Shown in pieces: positions 27,410-37,223 of a DNA stretch of 64,000 nt. A program made the position numbers and the translations under genes. Source of the DNA: Thermoproteota archaeon (GTDB lineage: Archaea > Korarchaeota > Korarchaeia > Korarchaeales > Korarchaeaceae); the NCBI GenBank assembly GCA_026986575.1, contig JALSOH010000004.1, positions 384,001 through 448,000 of the forward strand. Direction: 5' to 3'. Under the pieces are notes generated by a model that saw only the letters and a list, made by a program, of their open reading frames with translations, did no database searches and was not told the DNA's origin. Position 1 is the stretch's first letter, and every line of letters starts with the position of its first letter.

Positions 27410-27931
27410 TCACGACAACTCTCCGAGGGAGACCTCTATGTCCATCTGAGCTGCGACCCTCTGGAAGATCTCAAAGTCCTCGTTGCTCCAAGCGACCAGC
27501 ACTACCTCCTCCAGACTAGATTTAAGGGCCTTCTCTAGTATTACCCTCACCGCCACCTCTACGGGTACCCCTCCGACTCCCGCTCCCATGGCTGGAAATG
27601 CCACGCTCTTAAGGCCCAGCTCCTCAGCCTTCTCAAGTGCAGCCCTCACGGCCTTCCTCACGAACTCAGGACTGCTCTTCCCACCTGGAGACTCCACTGT
27701 GGGCGCATGGATGACGTATTTGGCCTTGAGCTTTCCGGCCGAAGTCTCCACAGCCTCACCGATCCTTACAGGGGCTTTTTTCAGGGCCTCCTCTTGGATC
27801 TCTTCACCACCCTTCCTTCTTATCGCACCGGCAACGCCTCCGCCCATGACGAGCTGGACATTGGCCGGATTCACCAAAGCGTCAACCTCCACCTCGGTGA
27901 TGTCGCCATGCACTATCATTATTCTCGGCAT
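27410..27931 (-). CDS. Macro-domain (ADP-ribose binding/hydrolase) protein
   Basis: GDIT, VNPAN..L.MGGGVAGAI, VIHAP, FPAMGAGVGG. Confidence 0.93.
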   Translation of the reverse strand: MPRIMIVHGDITEVEVDALVNPANVQLVMGGGVAGAIRRKGGEEIQEEALKKAPVRIGEAVETSAGKLKAKYVIHAPTVESPGGKSSPEFVRKAVRAALEKAEELGLKSVAFPAMGAGVGGVPVEVAVRVILEKALKSSLEEVVLVAWSNEDFEIFQRVAAQMDIEVSLGELS

Positions 27932-27968
27932 GGGACTATACCCCTAGTATAGTCAGGGAATGAGAAAT

Positions 27969-28262
27969 TTAGAGATTGAGCTCCCCAGGCCTTAGCATCC
28001 GGGGGACACCTGCTTCTATCGGGTATTCTGCACCACAGTTCTCGCAGATTAGCTTGCCGGACACCACCTCCTTACTCATGCACTCCATGCACAGGGATGG
28101 ATCACTAGGCTCACCTCCCGAGAAAGCGCACCATTTCTCGCAGAGGGGCTTCTCTGGTTTACTGGGCAATCCCTCCACCGATTCCTCCCTCTCAACAACC
28201 AGCTTCAGGGGGAAGTGATGGCATTCCGGGCATGCCAAGAGGTCCAGCAATCTCCTCCTCAA
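27969..28262 (-). CDS. trm112: Trm112 methyltransferase activator
   Basis: LLDLLACPEC...GKLICENCGAEYPIEAGVPRML. Confidence 0.88.
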   Translation of the reverse strand: MRRRLLDLLACPECHHFPLKLVVEREESVEGLPSKPEKPLCEKWCAFSGGEPSDPSLCMECMSKEVVSGKLICENCGAEYPIEAGVPRMLRPGELNL

Positions 28263-28948
28263 GCGATCACCTTCAGGAGATCAGGTAACTCCTCTAGGCT
28301 TTTAATCATGCCATCCGCCTCGGGTCTCTGGACGCCCTCTCTCACGACCCATATCGCCCTCATACCGGCCTTCTTGGCACCCTCGATGTCCTCATAGGGG
28401 GAATCTCCGATCATCACAGCTTCCTCGGGTCGGGCACCCATCACCTCCAGTGCGCGCATGAATATATCTCTGATAGGCTTCCTGACCCCGACCCTGTGCG
28501 ATGAAACGATGACTTGGAAGAAGTCGAGTAGACCGTCCCTCCTTAACCTCTCCATCACCATGTCGTGGTAGGGTGTGTTGGATACTACCGCCAACTCGTA
28601 TCTCGAGGACAGCTCATTCAATACCTCCCTAGCCCCCGGTTTCAAGGTGGTTAAATCCAACATCGGTGAAGCGTACGCCCTCAGGTGCTCATCTCTCACA
28701 TCCTCAACCCCCAAGAAACTCAAGAAGGATTCTAGCTCCAGAGTAGCGGGTATTTCAATGCAACTGGCCCTCCTCCTACTGTCGAATGCGTTGAAGAGCC
28801 TCCTGTAGAAATTGAAGGCTTTCTCCTCGATGTCAGGATCCTCTATGCCCTCCACTCTCAGTATGTTCCTGACCCTATACCTGTAGTAGAGATCCAAGTC
28901 CGGAGGATCGATGATAGTCCTCCAGAAATCGAAGAGGAGGTAAAGCAT
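28259..28948 (-). CDS. HAD-IA family hydrolase
   Basis: FDFWRTI, VSN, RKP, GDSPYEDIEGA. Confidence 0.87.
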   Translation of the reverse strand: MLYLLFDFWRTIIDPPDLDLYYRYRVRNILRVEGIEDPDIEEKAFNFYRRLFNAFDSRRRASCIEIPATLELESFLSFLGVEDVRDEHLRAYASPMLDLTTLKPGAREVLNELSSRYELAVVSNTPYHDMVMERLRRDGLLDFFQVIVSSHRVGVRKPIRDIFMRALEVMGARPEEAVMIGDSPYEDIEGAKKAGMRAIWVVREGVQRPEADGMIKSLEELPDLLKVIA

Positions 28949-28996
28949 ATTACTTCGAGGGAGTGGAGGATAATAACTTGGCGGCGAGGTGTTCGA

Positions 28997-29257
28997 ATGT
29001 CAGATCACAAGTACGAATTACAGGTAGTGAAACTGCAGAGGGCAATGAGGGTCCCCAAGGACTACAAGGAGAAACTGAAGGAGCTGTACGGTAACAAAGT
29101 GATATCCAAGTTCTCCAAGGATGCGGTGGACTGCCCGGTGCGAGGCGAGAGGGTGAGCTTCCTCATATGCATGGGGTGTCCCAACTACGTCAGGAGGTTC
29201 AAGGGGTACGTTCACTGCAAGGGAGAACCTCTCGACGAAGGACCAGGAGAGCAATGA
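28997..29257 (+). CDS. Small Cys-rich (probable Zn-binding) hypothetical protein
   Basis: DCPV...CMGCPN...HC; GAGGTG SD. Confidence 0.72.
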   Translation: MSDHKYELQVVKLQRAMRVPKDYKEKLKELYGNKVISKFSKDAVDCPVRGERVSFLICMGCPNYVRRFKGYVHCKGEPLDEGPGEQ

Positions 29258-29864
29258 GTAGAGCTGTGAGAATCGATGAGGCCAAGGCGAGCATCAGGAG
29301 AGTCATCCAATCAGCCCCCGTAATCCCCTGTGGTCTCCTAACTTCGGGCATCCCTCCTTTCTCAGTTCCAGCTGGTTTTTCCGGGTAGAGGGGAACTGCA
29401 ACTGTTGTGGTTCTCTCCTCCGTCGGTATTGCAGCTGGTCTCGGTCCCATGAGATACCAAGGCATACCAACCATGAATATAGCTACGAGCACGCTAATTA
29501 CTAGACTTTTCACCAATATCTCCTTGGGAGGAAGCGCCCTTCCCAGAATGCTCCTCAAATAACTATCTTTGTCCTCCCTAGTCGTGGGGACGACTAAGAA
29601 GGCCGATGAAGACAGAGTGTAGAGGGTCTTCCTGCCTCTCCTCCCGGCCATCGTTCCTACGGCTCTGATAATGCCCGCCTCCAAGAGCTTGTCGATGTGG
29701 AAAACCACCGTGGTCAGTGGTTGATTCAGCTCCTTGGCCAGATCGTTTGGACTCTTAGGATACTCCCTGAGTGAGGCGATGATCCTCCTTCCCAGCTCAT
29801 TAGCTATCTCCTGTCCGAAGAGCCTCACCCTATCATCATCCAGCGTGAAGATCTCCCAGTCCAT
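29199..29864 (-). CDS. ArsR-type wHTH regulator with two C-terminal TM helices
   Basis: RIIASL..PKSPNDLAKEL...TTVVFHIDKLLEAGII wHTH; two hydrophobic segments separated by a P/T-rich linker. Confidence 0.8.
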   Translation of the reverse strand: MDWEIFTLDDDRVRLFGQEIANELGRRIIASLREYPKSPNDLAKELNQPLTTVVFHIDKLLEAGIIRAVGTMAGRRGRKTLYTLSSSAFLVVPTTREDKDSYLRSILGRALPPKEILVKSLVISVLVAIFMVGMPWYLMGPRPAAIPTEERTTTVAVPLYPEKPAGTEKGGMPEVRRPQGITGADWMTLLMLALASSILTALLIALLVLRREVLPCSERTP

Positions 29865-29902
29865 CCGAACAAGCGGGCGGGGACCGGATATAAATGGTTG
29901 AG

Positions 29903-30562
29903 TTAACATTCAATACAAGTCGAACCTTTCCACTCTACGAGAATGTCCGCAGCTTCCGAGAGGCTGTCGACCACGTGATCAGCCAGAGACATTATAACCT
30001 CCGATCTAGGCCTAAAAGCGATCTTCTTCCCTATATCCATGCGGAAGACCGATAGATCGCTCTCACCATCCCCCACAAAGGCCACCCTGCGAAGGGGAAC
30101 CCCAAACCTCTTGGCTACATCAGCAAGCTCCTCGGACTTCCTCCCCGGATCCAACTCCCTCAGAATTCCCATAACTCTGCCACCGACAATCTTCAATTCG
30201 GCGGATCTGCAGAAGTCCATCCTCAGCAGGTTGCAGAGTCTCTTGGCAATCACATCTAGACCGGAGCTGATGAGCCCCACCACAAACCCCTCCTCCCTCA
30301 ACCTCCTCACCGCATCCTCCGCGTCCTCAATGGGCCTCAGATTCTCCACCTCTCTCAGCACTATGGAGAAGTCCCTGTCCATCCACGAGGAGACATCCAG
30401 CTCGGCCCATCTCCTGTAGTCGATCTCACCCCTCTCGTACATCCTCCTATACTTGGAGGCGATCTCCTCAGTACCCAGAAGCTTATGTACGAACTCCCAT
30501 GAGCTGTTTATGGGGAGGAGGGTCCCATCCATGTCGAATGCCACCAAATAGATCTCACTCAA
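29903..30562 (-). CDS. Phosphoserine phosphatase-like HAD-IB hydrolase
   Basis: FDMDGTL, SSW, ISSG, K, GDGESD. Confidence 0.85.
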   Translation of the reverse strand: MSEIYLVAFDMDGTLLPINSSWEFVHKLLGTEEIASKYRRMYERGEIDYRRWAELDVSSWMDRDFSIVLREVENLRPIEDAEDAVRRLREEGFVVGLISSGLDVIAKRLCNLLRMDFCRSAELKIVGGRVMGILRELDPGRKSEELADVAKRFGVPLRRVAFVGDGESDLSVFRMDIGKKIAFRPRSEVIMSLADHVVDSLSEAADILVEWKGSTCIEC

Positions 30563-30809
30563 TACCCAGCACCTCCCTTATCAGGGAGACCGGTACCAAG
30601 AGGAAGTCCCCCTCGACCCTGCAACCCCTCCACTCGAATCCCTCCATGTGATTCATCAGCCTATCATCCCTGCTCTCCCTCTCATAGTATCTGAATAACG
30701 CTCTGAGCTCTATCCTAACGATCTCTTGGTCTCCCACGTTGGAGAGTATTTTAGGACCGTGCACTTTAAGGTATCTCGTCAGCGCATCGATCACGCGCTC
30801 CCTTCCCAT
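30555..30809 (-). CDS. Hypothetical protein (84 aa; real portion of the 30555-31328 ORF)
   Basis: ATG at 30809 with GGTGGTG SD; stop overlaps the next gene's start. Confidence 0.6.
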   Translation of the reverse strand: MGRERVIDALTRYLKVHGPKILSNVGDQEIVRIELRALFRYYERESRDDRLMNHMEGFEWRGCRVEGDFLLVPVSLIREVLGIE

Positions 30810-30854
30810 CGACACCACCTTATTTACGTGGACCATCCCATCTGCTCGATAGGT

Positions 30855-31817
30855 ATGAGGAGGGTCGAGGATATTACCCTGCGCCCCGGAATGACTGCCT
30901 CGGATATAATCAGGGAGATGGAGAAGGCCGGCGGTTTCACCGCTAAATTCGTGGTAGAGGGAGTCAACATCTTGGAGGAAATGGTGATGGACCCCAAGTC
31001 GGTGAACTTTCTCTCCTTCCCTGCGGATGTGGTTTCTACAGGGGTGAGAGGGATACTGGTCGACATGCTGAGGAGGAACCTGTTCGACGTTGTAATAACT
31101 ACTGGGGGCACGATAGACCACGACATCGCTAGGTGCTTCGCTGATTACTACCACGGGAGCTTCGATGCTGACGACTCCGAACTTTACGAGAGGAGGATAC
31201 ACAGGCTGGGGAATGTGTTCATACCCTTCGATAACTACGGGCCCGTGGTGGAGAGGTTCGTGAGGGAAGAGGTACCGAAGATCTTGAGGGAGCCCGGAGG
31301 GAGGATATCCCCCAGCGAGCTGCTCCATAATCTAGGCGAGAAGACGTGTCCTAACTCCATCTTGAGGACGGCCTACGAGGCTAAGGTCCCCATATTCTCC
31401 CCGGGACTCTTGGATTCGTCGTTCGGCACTGCTTTGAGCTTCCTATCCCAAGAAATGGACTTTCACTTAGACTTCATAAGGGACATGCTGAAACTGGCGG
31501 ACCTCTCCTTCACCATGGAGGTGAGCGGGGCCCTAGTCTTAGGAGGCGGCATCTCTAAGCACCACACGATATGGTGGAATCAGTTCAAGGGAGGGCTCGA
31601 CTACGTCGTGTATCTGACCACAGCAGTGGAGTGGGACGGGAGTCTCAGTGGGGCGAGGGAGAGGGAGGCCATAAGCTGGGGCAAGGTCTCCAAGAGGGCG
31701 GCGAGGACATTTATACCTGGAGAAGTGACTGCTCTCCTCCCGCTCATGTACGCGGCGCTCCTCGACAGGATCAGCGACTTCCAGAGGGAAGGAAGGCAAT
31801 TAATCGGGAAGCTTTAA
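30855..31817 (+). CDS. dys: Deoxyhypusine synthase (ATG 30855)
   Basis: STGVRG, ITTGG..DHD, RLGNV, GGGISKHH, DGSLSGA, EAISWGK (catalytic Lys). Confidence 0.95.
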   Translation: MRRVEDITLRPGMTASDIIREMEKAGGFTAKFVVEGVNILEEMVMDPKSVNFLSFPADVVSTGVRGILVDMLRRNLFDVVITTGGTIDHDIARCFADYYHGSFDADDSELYERRIHRLGNVFIPFDNYGPVVERFVREEVPKILREPGGRISPSELLHNLGEKTCPNSILRTAYEAKVPIFSPGLLDSSFGTALSFLSQEMDFHLDFIRDMLKLADLSFTMEVSGALVLGGGISKHHTIWWNQFKGGLDYVVYLTTAVEWDGSLSGAREREAISWGKVSKRAARTFIPGEVTALLPLMYAALLDRISDFQREGRQLIGKL

Positions 31818-31859
31818 AACGGGGTAGCCTCGGGTTGGTCCCGTGAGGAGGGTGGTGCA

Positions 31860-32996
31860 TTGAATCAAGAGCTAGGAATAAAGCTCATGCAGACCAACCA
31901 GAGTGACTGGTTCTCATGGATCTTCTTCCTGATATTCATAACCATCATGCAGTTCTACGCTAGCAAGCTCCAAGCCCAACTATGGATCAACGAGATCAGG
32001 AAAGCCCTAGCCAAGCTCGAAGAGTACACTAATGATGCGACCAAGAAGTTCGTTGAAGAGGCATCCAAGTACGGCCGCCCCAAGGAGGAGGTAGAATCCC
32101 TCTTCAAGAGGATCAAAGGGTTCTTCGTGATACAGCCCGTCACCTTAGATCCATTCGGTGCTGTTAAAAGGTTGGAGCACCTGCTAGAGAGCTCTAGAGA
32201 TCACCTCAACAAGTTCATGGTCGAAATAGCCCCCAAAGCTGACGAGTGGAAGAGATCCAACCTGAGGGATCAGATGTCTGGCGTCTTGGCCTTGGACATG
32301 ATATACAGAATCGTCCGCCACTACTTCATACTGGGTAGGAGGACCCAGAACCTCATATACATCGCCCAGATCCAGATGCTGCTCCCTGAGATCCTCAGGA
32401 TAGCCAAGGCATACTGGAAGGCGGGTGAGGCTTTCAGGAGGGGCATCCCCATAGGGGACAGCATAGGTCCGATGGTGGCTTTGAGGCTCATGAACGGCGC
32501 GGAGCCCAAGGAGGTGGCCGAGAATATAGTCGGAGCGGAGGTGGACATAGAGGGGAGGAGAGTCTTTATTATAAAGGCGAAAGGTCCGGGATCGGAGGTA
32601 GGAAGGCCCGGAGTGGCTATCGAGAGGATAGTCGAGAGCAGGGAGGGTAATGTCTCCCTCATCATCATGATAGACGCGGCCGCCAAGTTGGAGGGCGAGC
32701 CGACAGCTGAGGTGGTCGAGGGAATAGGGGCGGCGATAGGAGATCCAGGACCAGAGAAGCTGAGGATAGAGGAGGTCGCCACCAAGTACAAGATACCACT
32801 TCACGCCATAGCCATTAAGGAGGATCCGCTCGACGCCATAACCTCCATGAGGGAGGAGATAGCCAAGTCGGTGGATGAGGTCATAGAGAGAGTGAAAATG
32901 GCGATAAGATCCAAGACCCTCCCGGGAGACTTCGTGCTCATAGCGGGGATAGGGAACACTGTGGGGGTTGGCAACACGATGGGAGGTGCTTCATGA
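31860..32996 (+). CDS. DUF1512-family protein
   Basis: PIGDSIGP, KAKGPG..VGRPG, IDAAAKLEGE, GIGNTVGV. Confidence 0.85.
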   Translation: MNQELGIKLMQTNQSDWFSWIFFLIFITIMQFYASKLQAQLWINEIRKALAKLEEYTNDATKKFVEEASKYGRPKEEVESLFKRIKGFFVIQPVTLDPFGAVKRLEHLLESSRDHLNKFMVEIAPKADEWKRSNLRDQMSGVLALDMIYRIVRHYFILGRRTQNLIYIAQIQMLLPEILRIAKAYWKAGEAFRRGIPIGDSIGPMVALRLMNGAEPKEVAENIVGAEVDIEGRRVFIIKAKGPGSEVGRPGVAIERIVESREGNVSLIIMIDAAAKLEGEPTAEVVEGIGAAIGDPGPEKLRIEEVATKYKIPLHAIAIKEDPLDAITSMREEIAKSVDEVIERVKMAIRSKTLPGDFVLIAGIGNTVGVGNTMGGAS

Positions 32997-33428
32997 ATGT
33001 CCCCCAACAACTCCAACAAGAAGGGGGCTCCGACAGGGTTCTACCTGTTCTGGATAGCCTCAATGGTTGGCATAGTGCTGATATCGATTCTTTTCTTCTA
33101 CATGGGGTTCTCCTCTCTTCAGGAAGGGAACACCAACGACGCGATCCTGAATATAGTGATGGGAGTGGCTGGCATGGGCATAGCCGTCAAAGTAGCCTAT
33201 GACATGGCCAAGGCAAGGCTAGCCTATCAGGAGGAGCACCAGGAGATCTTCACCGAATTGCACTGCGCGAATTGCGGGAGGAAGATGCTAAGGACATTCA
33301 GGGAGGGAGACTTCGTAGGGAAGCTCTCCACCGAAGACAAGTGTCCCAAATGCGGCTCTCCAATGCTCATAGTCTCGATATTCGCCAAAACTCCCAAGCA
33401 AAAGGCTAAAGAGAAGGCCTTACAATGA
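32997..33428 (+). CDS. Two-TM protein with C-terminal Zn ribbon
   Basis: CANC...RTFREGDFVGK...CPKC; abuts DUF1512. Confidence 0.78.
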   Translation: MSPNNSNKKGAPTGFYLFWIASMVGIVLISILFFYMGFSSLQEGNTNDAILNIVMGVAGMGIAVKVAYDMAKARLAYQEEHQEIFTELHCANCGRKMLRTFREGDFVGKLSTEDKCPKCGSPMLIVSIFAKTPKQKAKEKALQ

Positions 33429-33441
33429 GCGGTGACCGGCT

Positions 33442-33918
33442 TTGAAGAAGACTAAGATCCATGTGGTGCCTTGTGTGGTGATATTCAATAGAGAGGGTAA
33501 GGTACTGCTGCTCAAGAGGGCTAGAAGCAAGAGAAACGGTGGCAGATGGGAGGTACCGGGCGGCAGCCTGAGGTACGGTGAGTCGCCGAGACGAGGTGCT
33601 TTAAGGGAGTTGAGGGAGGAGACGGGCTTCAAACTAACTCCTTTGGACCTCAGACCTGTGGACACGTTCGGAGTCATATACCCAGAGATGAGGGTGGAGT
33701 TCATAATTCCGCTGTACACGGCCGTCGTCGACAACGGGGTGGATCCCGTGATAAGGCCAGAGGAGCACGACGACTGGGGTTGGTTCACCATAGAACAGAT
33801 AAAAGAGATGGAATTGAGGGACGAGACCATGAAGGGAGCCTACATAATGGTTAAGGCGGCCAAAAAGCTGCTCGACTCCCTAAACGAAGGGAAAATAGGG
33901 GGGAATGTGTCTAGCTGA
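33442..33918 (+). CDS. NUDIX hydrolase
   Basis: PGG....GES....ALRELREETG Nudix box. Confidence 0.92.
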   Translation: MKKTKIHVVPCVVIFNREGKVLLLKRARSKRNGGRWEVPGGSLRYGESPRRGALRELREETGFKLTPLDLRPVDTFGVIYPEMRVEFIIPLYTAVVDNGVDPVIRPEEHDDWGWFTIEQIKEMELRDETMKGAYIMVKAAKKLLDSLNEGKIGGNVSS

Positions 33919-33927
33919 TTTATGGTC

Positions 33928-35103
33928 TCAGGAGACCTCCACGCCCAGCTTGCTCACGGGCCACCTCCTTATCATGGCCATCATGACTTCCATTCCCTTC
34001 CAGCCTACCTCCTCCCTAGAGATAGCGCTGAATCCAAGCACTCTCTTCGTGCTCTTCTCATAGACTAGGTAGGCGTAGTCACCCCAACCGTCTCCGCTGA
34101 GGTACACCCTGTCAGCCTCGAACCCCTCGTTCTCAGCCTCAACGCTAGTCAGCCCAACTGAGGCCATGTGGATCCCGCCGAAGAAGACATCCTTCTGGAA
34201 CCTAGGCACCCTATAAGCTGCCTTGAACCCCGTGAGCGCTTTAGCCGCGTTAAGGGCCATTATGCTAGCGGCAGTGCCTATCCCCATGTATATGGGCTTG
34301 TTGGTGAATATGTCTATGACGGTCGCGTTGTCCCCGACGGCGAATATGTCGGGATCCGAGGTCCTCCCCTGCTGGTCCGTCTTTATGACCCAACCATCTA
34401 GGAGCTCGAGGCCTGCCTCCTTAGCCAGCGTTATCTCAGGGCTTACACCCGTGGCCACGAAGGTCATCTCCGAGCTGACCTCCTTGTCCCCATCCACAAT
34501 GACCTTGGAGTCCCTCACCTCCTTGGGTTTACCGTGGACGAATTCCACCCCTCTCTCGGCTAGGAACTCCTCTAGCTTAGCGGAAAGCTCAGGCTCCAAG
34601 CTCCTCCTGATGAGTCTCGACCTCACTATGACCTTGGGCTTGGCCCCTATGGCCCTAGCAGCGTCGGCCACGTGGAGGGCCACGAAGCTGGCGCCGATTA
34701 TGGCCACCTCATTCGGTTTCTCGTCTATCAGCTTCTGGACATCCTCCAATCTCCTGAAAACTGCGCAGTTCTCCCCACCCCTCAGTCTAGAGGGGATGGT
34801 GGGGTTAGATCCGGTAGCTAGTATGAGATAGTCGTACGGAATGGTCTTACCATCCGAGAGGACAACTTCCTTCTGCTCCCTCTTTATCTTAGTCACCTTG
34901 TCCAAAATTATCTCTACATCCTTGGACTCCAAGTGCTTGGTGCTCACCCAGAGGTCCATCCCCTGCGTGACGAGCCTCAGCTTATGTCTCACGTACGGTC
35001 TCTCATCACCGATAACCGTGATCTTAGCGTCAGGAACCTGCTCGGCAACATGCCAAGCAGAGCCCAGTCCTCCCAGCCCAAATCCGACGACAACAACCTT
35101 CAC
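33928..35103 (-). CDS. FAD-dependent NAD(P)H oxidoreductase (NADH oxidase/rubredoxin reductase-like)
   Basis: GFGLGG, YDYLILATGS, TSDPDIFAVGD; no redox-active Cys near the N-terminus. Confidence 0.85.
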   Translation of the reverse strand: MKVVVVGFGLGGLGSAWHVAEQVPDAKITVIGDERPYVRHKLRLVTQGMDLWVSTKHLESKDVEIILDKVTKIKREQKEVVLSDGKTIPYDYLILATGSNPTIPSRLRGGENCAVFRRLEDVQKLIDEKPNEVAIIGASFVALHVADAARAIGAKPKVIVRSRLIRRSLEPELSAKLEEFLAERGVEFVHGKPKEVRDSKVIVDGDKEVSSEMTFVATGVSPEITLAKEAGLELLDGWVIKTDQQGRTSDPDIFAVGDNATVIDIFTNKPIYMGIGTAASIMALNAAKALTGFKAAYRVPRFQKDVFFGGIHMASVGLTSVEAENEGFEADRVYLSGDGWGDYAYLVYEKSTKRVLGFSAISREEVGWKGMEVMMAMIRRWPVSKLGVEVS

Positions 35104-35159
35104 TCAGAACACCGCGCAGGGTGGGGGAGGGTAATTGAAAAAGTTAAACGAAAGGTCCC

Positions 35160-36464
35160 TCAACTGAAGATCACGGACTCCCTCCCGAACATCTTTGCAC
35201 TTAACCATAAGAATACAACTAGATAGAGGATCGAAGCGGCGAGGGAAGTTGCTATTGCCCCCAGATCTCCGGGGTTTACTATCATATCCCTGGCGAACAT
35301 CGCGAGGCTGGATATGGGCAGGGCCCTCAATACGGGGTGGAAGGACTGAGGAGCGTAGGGGATGGCGACCATAGGCACCACCAGTATCAGAGTGAGGAAA
35401 CCTACGTACTGTTGTGCCTCCTTGAAGGTCTTGGCGAAGGAAGCGGCGGTTATCATGACCGCATTCCCAGTCAATCCACCCAAGGCTACCGTGATCAAGA
35501 TCCCCAAGGTGAGGTACAGAAGCCTCGATGGTTCCATCAGCTGCGGCACGGACCCGGATGATAGCGACTCGCTCATCGATGTGACGGCGAATCCCACCCC
35601 TATCAAAGCGGAGAACAGGGTTGCCAGACCGCTTATAAGGGATAACAGGGTGAGAGCACCGAACTTCCCCAGCAGGAGCTGCCCTCTACTGACCGGGTTG
35701 GTGAAGAGGGCTTCCAGCGTCTTCCTCTCCCTTTCGCCCGCTATCATGTCTATAGCGAATGTGCCGGCGCCCGTTATCGCGATGAGTCCGACCATCATCG
35801 GGAGAACCATGGCCGTCACCACCTCTCCAGTGGTGGCCCCCTCTCCCGTGCTGGTAACCTGAACCGCCACGGACACTATAGGCCTTATGTACTCCTCAGA
35901 GAGGTTTATGGCTTCAAGCCTCCTCCTTAACACCTCTTCGGAGTACTCGCTCACTACCCTCTGAACCACTCCCATAGCCACGGAGGATCTGGCCCCATAG
36001 GGATCGTAATAGTAGATTAGCTGGCCCGTCCTCCCAGAGCTGAGGTTCTGATAGAATCCCTCAGGGATCTCAACGATGAGATCGTAATCTCCACCTAGTA
36101 CTAAGCCCGTATAGTTACCTCCATCCGTAACGATCGAAACCAGGGCTTTAGACGTATCCTCTAAAGCCTCAATCTCCTTGGCGAGGTCCATTCCACGTGG
36201 ATCCTCCACGACCACCATGATCCTCGGGGGGATTGCCTTAGGGCTCAGCATGAGGGTGGGAAGGGATATGACCAGGGGCATGAGGATCATGGGGAGGAGT
36301 ACCACATTAAGCATGGTCCTCCTATCCCTAAACGCCTCCAGCACCTCCTTCCACGCCACAACCAGCCAAGGCTTTGGAGGGAGGGAATAGCCTTTCTGCC
36401 CGAATCCCTTAGAGAGCTTTACCACGCCAGAAGATCCCTTAAACAGCTTTCTCAATGACCTCAC
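35160..36464 (-). CDS. ABC-2 permease (NatB-like)
   Basis: KEVLEAFRDRRT, AGERERKTLEAL, multiple TM helices. Confidence 0.88.
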   Translation of the reverse strand: MRSLRKLFKGSSGVVKLSKGFGQKGYSLPPKPWLVVAWKEVLEAFRDRRTMLNVVLLPMILMPLVISLPTLMLSPKAIPPRIMVVVEDPRGMDLAKEIEALEDTSKALVSIVTDGGNYTGLVLGGDYDLIVEIPEGFYQNLSSGRTGQLIYYYDPYGARSSVAMGVVQRVVSEYSEEVLRRRLEAINLSEEYIRPIVSVAVQVTSTGEGATTGEVVTAMVLPMMVGLIAITGAGTFAIDMIAGERERKTLEALFTNPVSRGQLLLGKFGALTLLSLISGLATLFSALIGVGFAVTSMSESLSSGSVPQLMEPSRLLYLTLGILITVALGGLTGNAVMITAASFAKTFKEAQQYVGFLTLILVVPMVAIPYAPQSFHPVLRALPISSLAMFARDMIVNPGDLGAIATSLAASILYLVVFLWLSAKMFGRESVIFS

Positions 36465-37188
36465 CCCTCACCAGCCTCACGAATATATCCTCGAACTCCC
36501 TCCTCCCGGCGACCCTCTTCAGATCCTCTTTGCTCCCTTCGTACCTTAATGTTCCCTCACTGATGATCGCTATGCGATCGCAGAGCCTCTCCACCTCCCA
36601 CATGTTATGCGTGGAGAGTATCACGGTCTTGCCGGAGCTGGCGTACTCCTCTATCATCTTCCTTATCTCCCGAGCGCTCATCACGTCCACGCCGAGCGTG
36701 GGCTCGTCCAGAAGGAGAACGGGAGGCTCATCGAGAATGGCCCTAGCGAACGCTAATTTCTGCTTCTGTCCTCTAGACAGCTTATCAGCTATTATAAACC
36801 TCTTCTCAGTGAGGTTTAAGACCTCAAGGAGCTCCTCTACCCTCTTCCGGAGCTTCCTTTCATCCATCCCCCTCAGTTTACCGAAATACACCAAATTCTC
36901 CTCTGTGGTAAGTCTAGGGTACACGCCGGTGTCCTCTGGAAGTACACCCATCTTTCTCTTAGCCTCTATAGGATTCTCCCTCACATCCACCCCCATCACT
37001 TTTGCCGTCCCAGATGTGGGCTTCAGAACCCCGTAGATCATTCTCAGAGTCGTGGTCTTCCCGGCCCCGTTTGGCCCCAGCAATCCGAATATGGTCCCTT
37101 CCTCCACCTTGAAACTGAGTTCTCTGACCGCCAAGAGATCACCGAAGGCTTTAGTCAATGATATAGCCTCCACCGCGACCATCAACAC
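36439..37188 (-). CDS. ABC transporter ATPase (NatA-like)
   Basis: GPNGAGKTT, LSRGQKQK, LLDEPT, STH. Confidence 0.93.
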   Translation of the reverse strand: MLMVAVEAISLTKAFGDLLAVRELSFKVEEGTIFGLLGPNGAGKTTTLRMIYGVLKPTSGTAKVMGVDVRENPIEAKRKMGVLPEDTGVYPRLTTEENLVYFGKLRGMDERKLRKRVEELLEVLNLTEKRFIIADKLSRGQKQKLAFARAILDEPPVLLLDEPTLGVDVMSAREIRKMIEEYASSGKTVILSTHNMWEVERLCDRIAIISEGTLRYEGSKEDLKRVAGRREFEDIFVRLVRGEVIEKAV

Positions 37189-37223
37189 ACCCCGTTTATA
37201 TATTCAAGCCGCGAGAACTCCTG

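Noticed and set aside
27233-27931. Macro-domain gene next to an intron-containing tRNA as a splicing by-product module with KptA
   Set aside because: kptA is about 22 kb away and archaeal tRNA ligation normally uses RtcB; the adjacency may be chance
30810-31328. 5' two-thirds of the 257-aa minus-strand ORF 30555-31328
   Set aside because: Antisense shadow of deoxyhypusine synthase; only 30555-30809 has an SD and a free position
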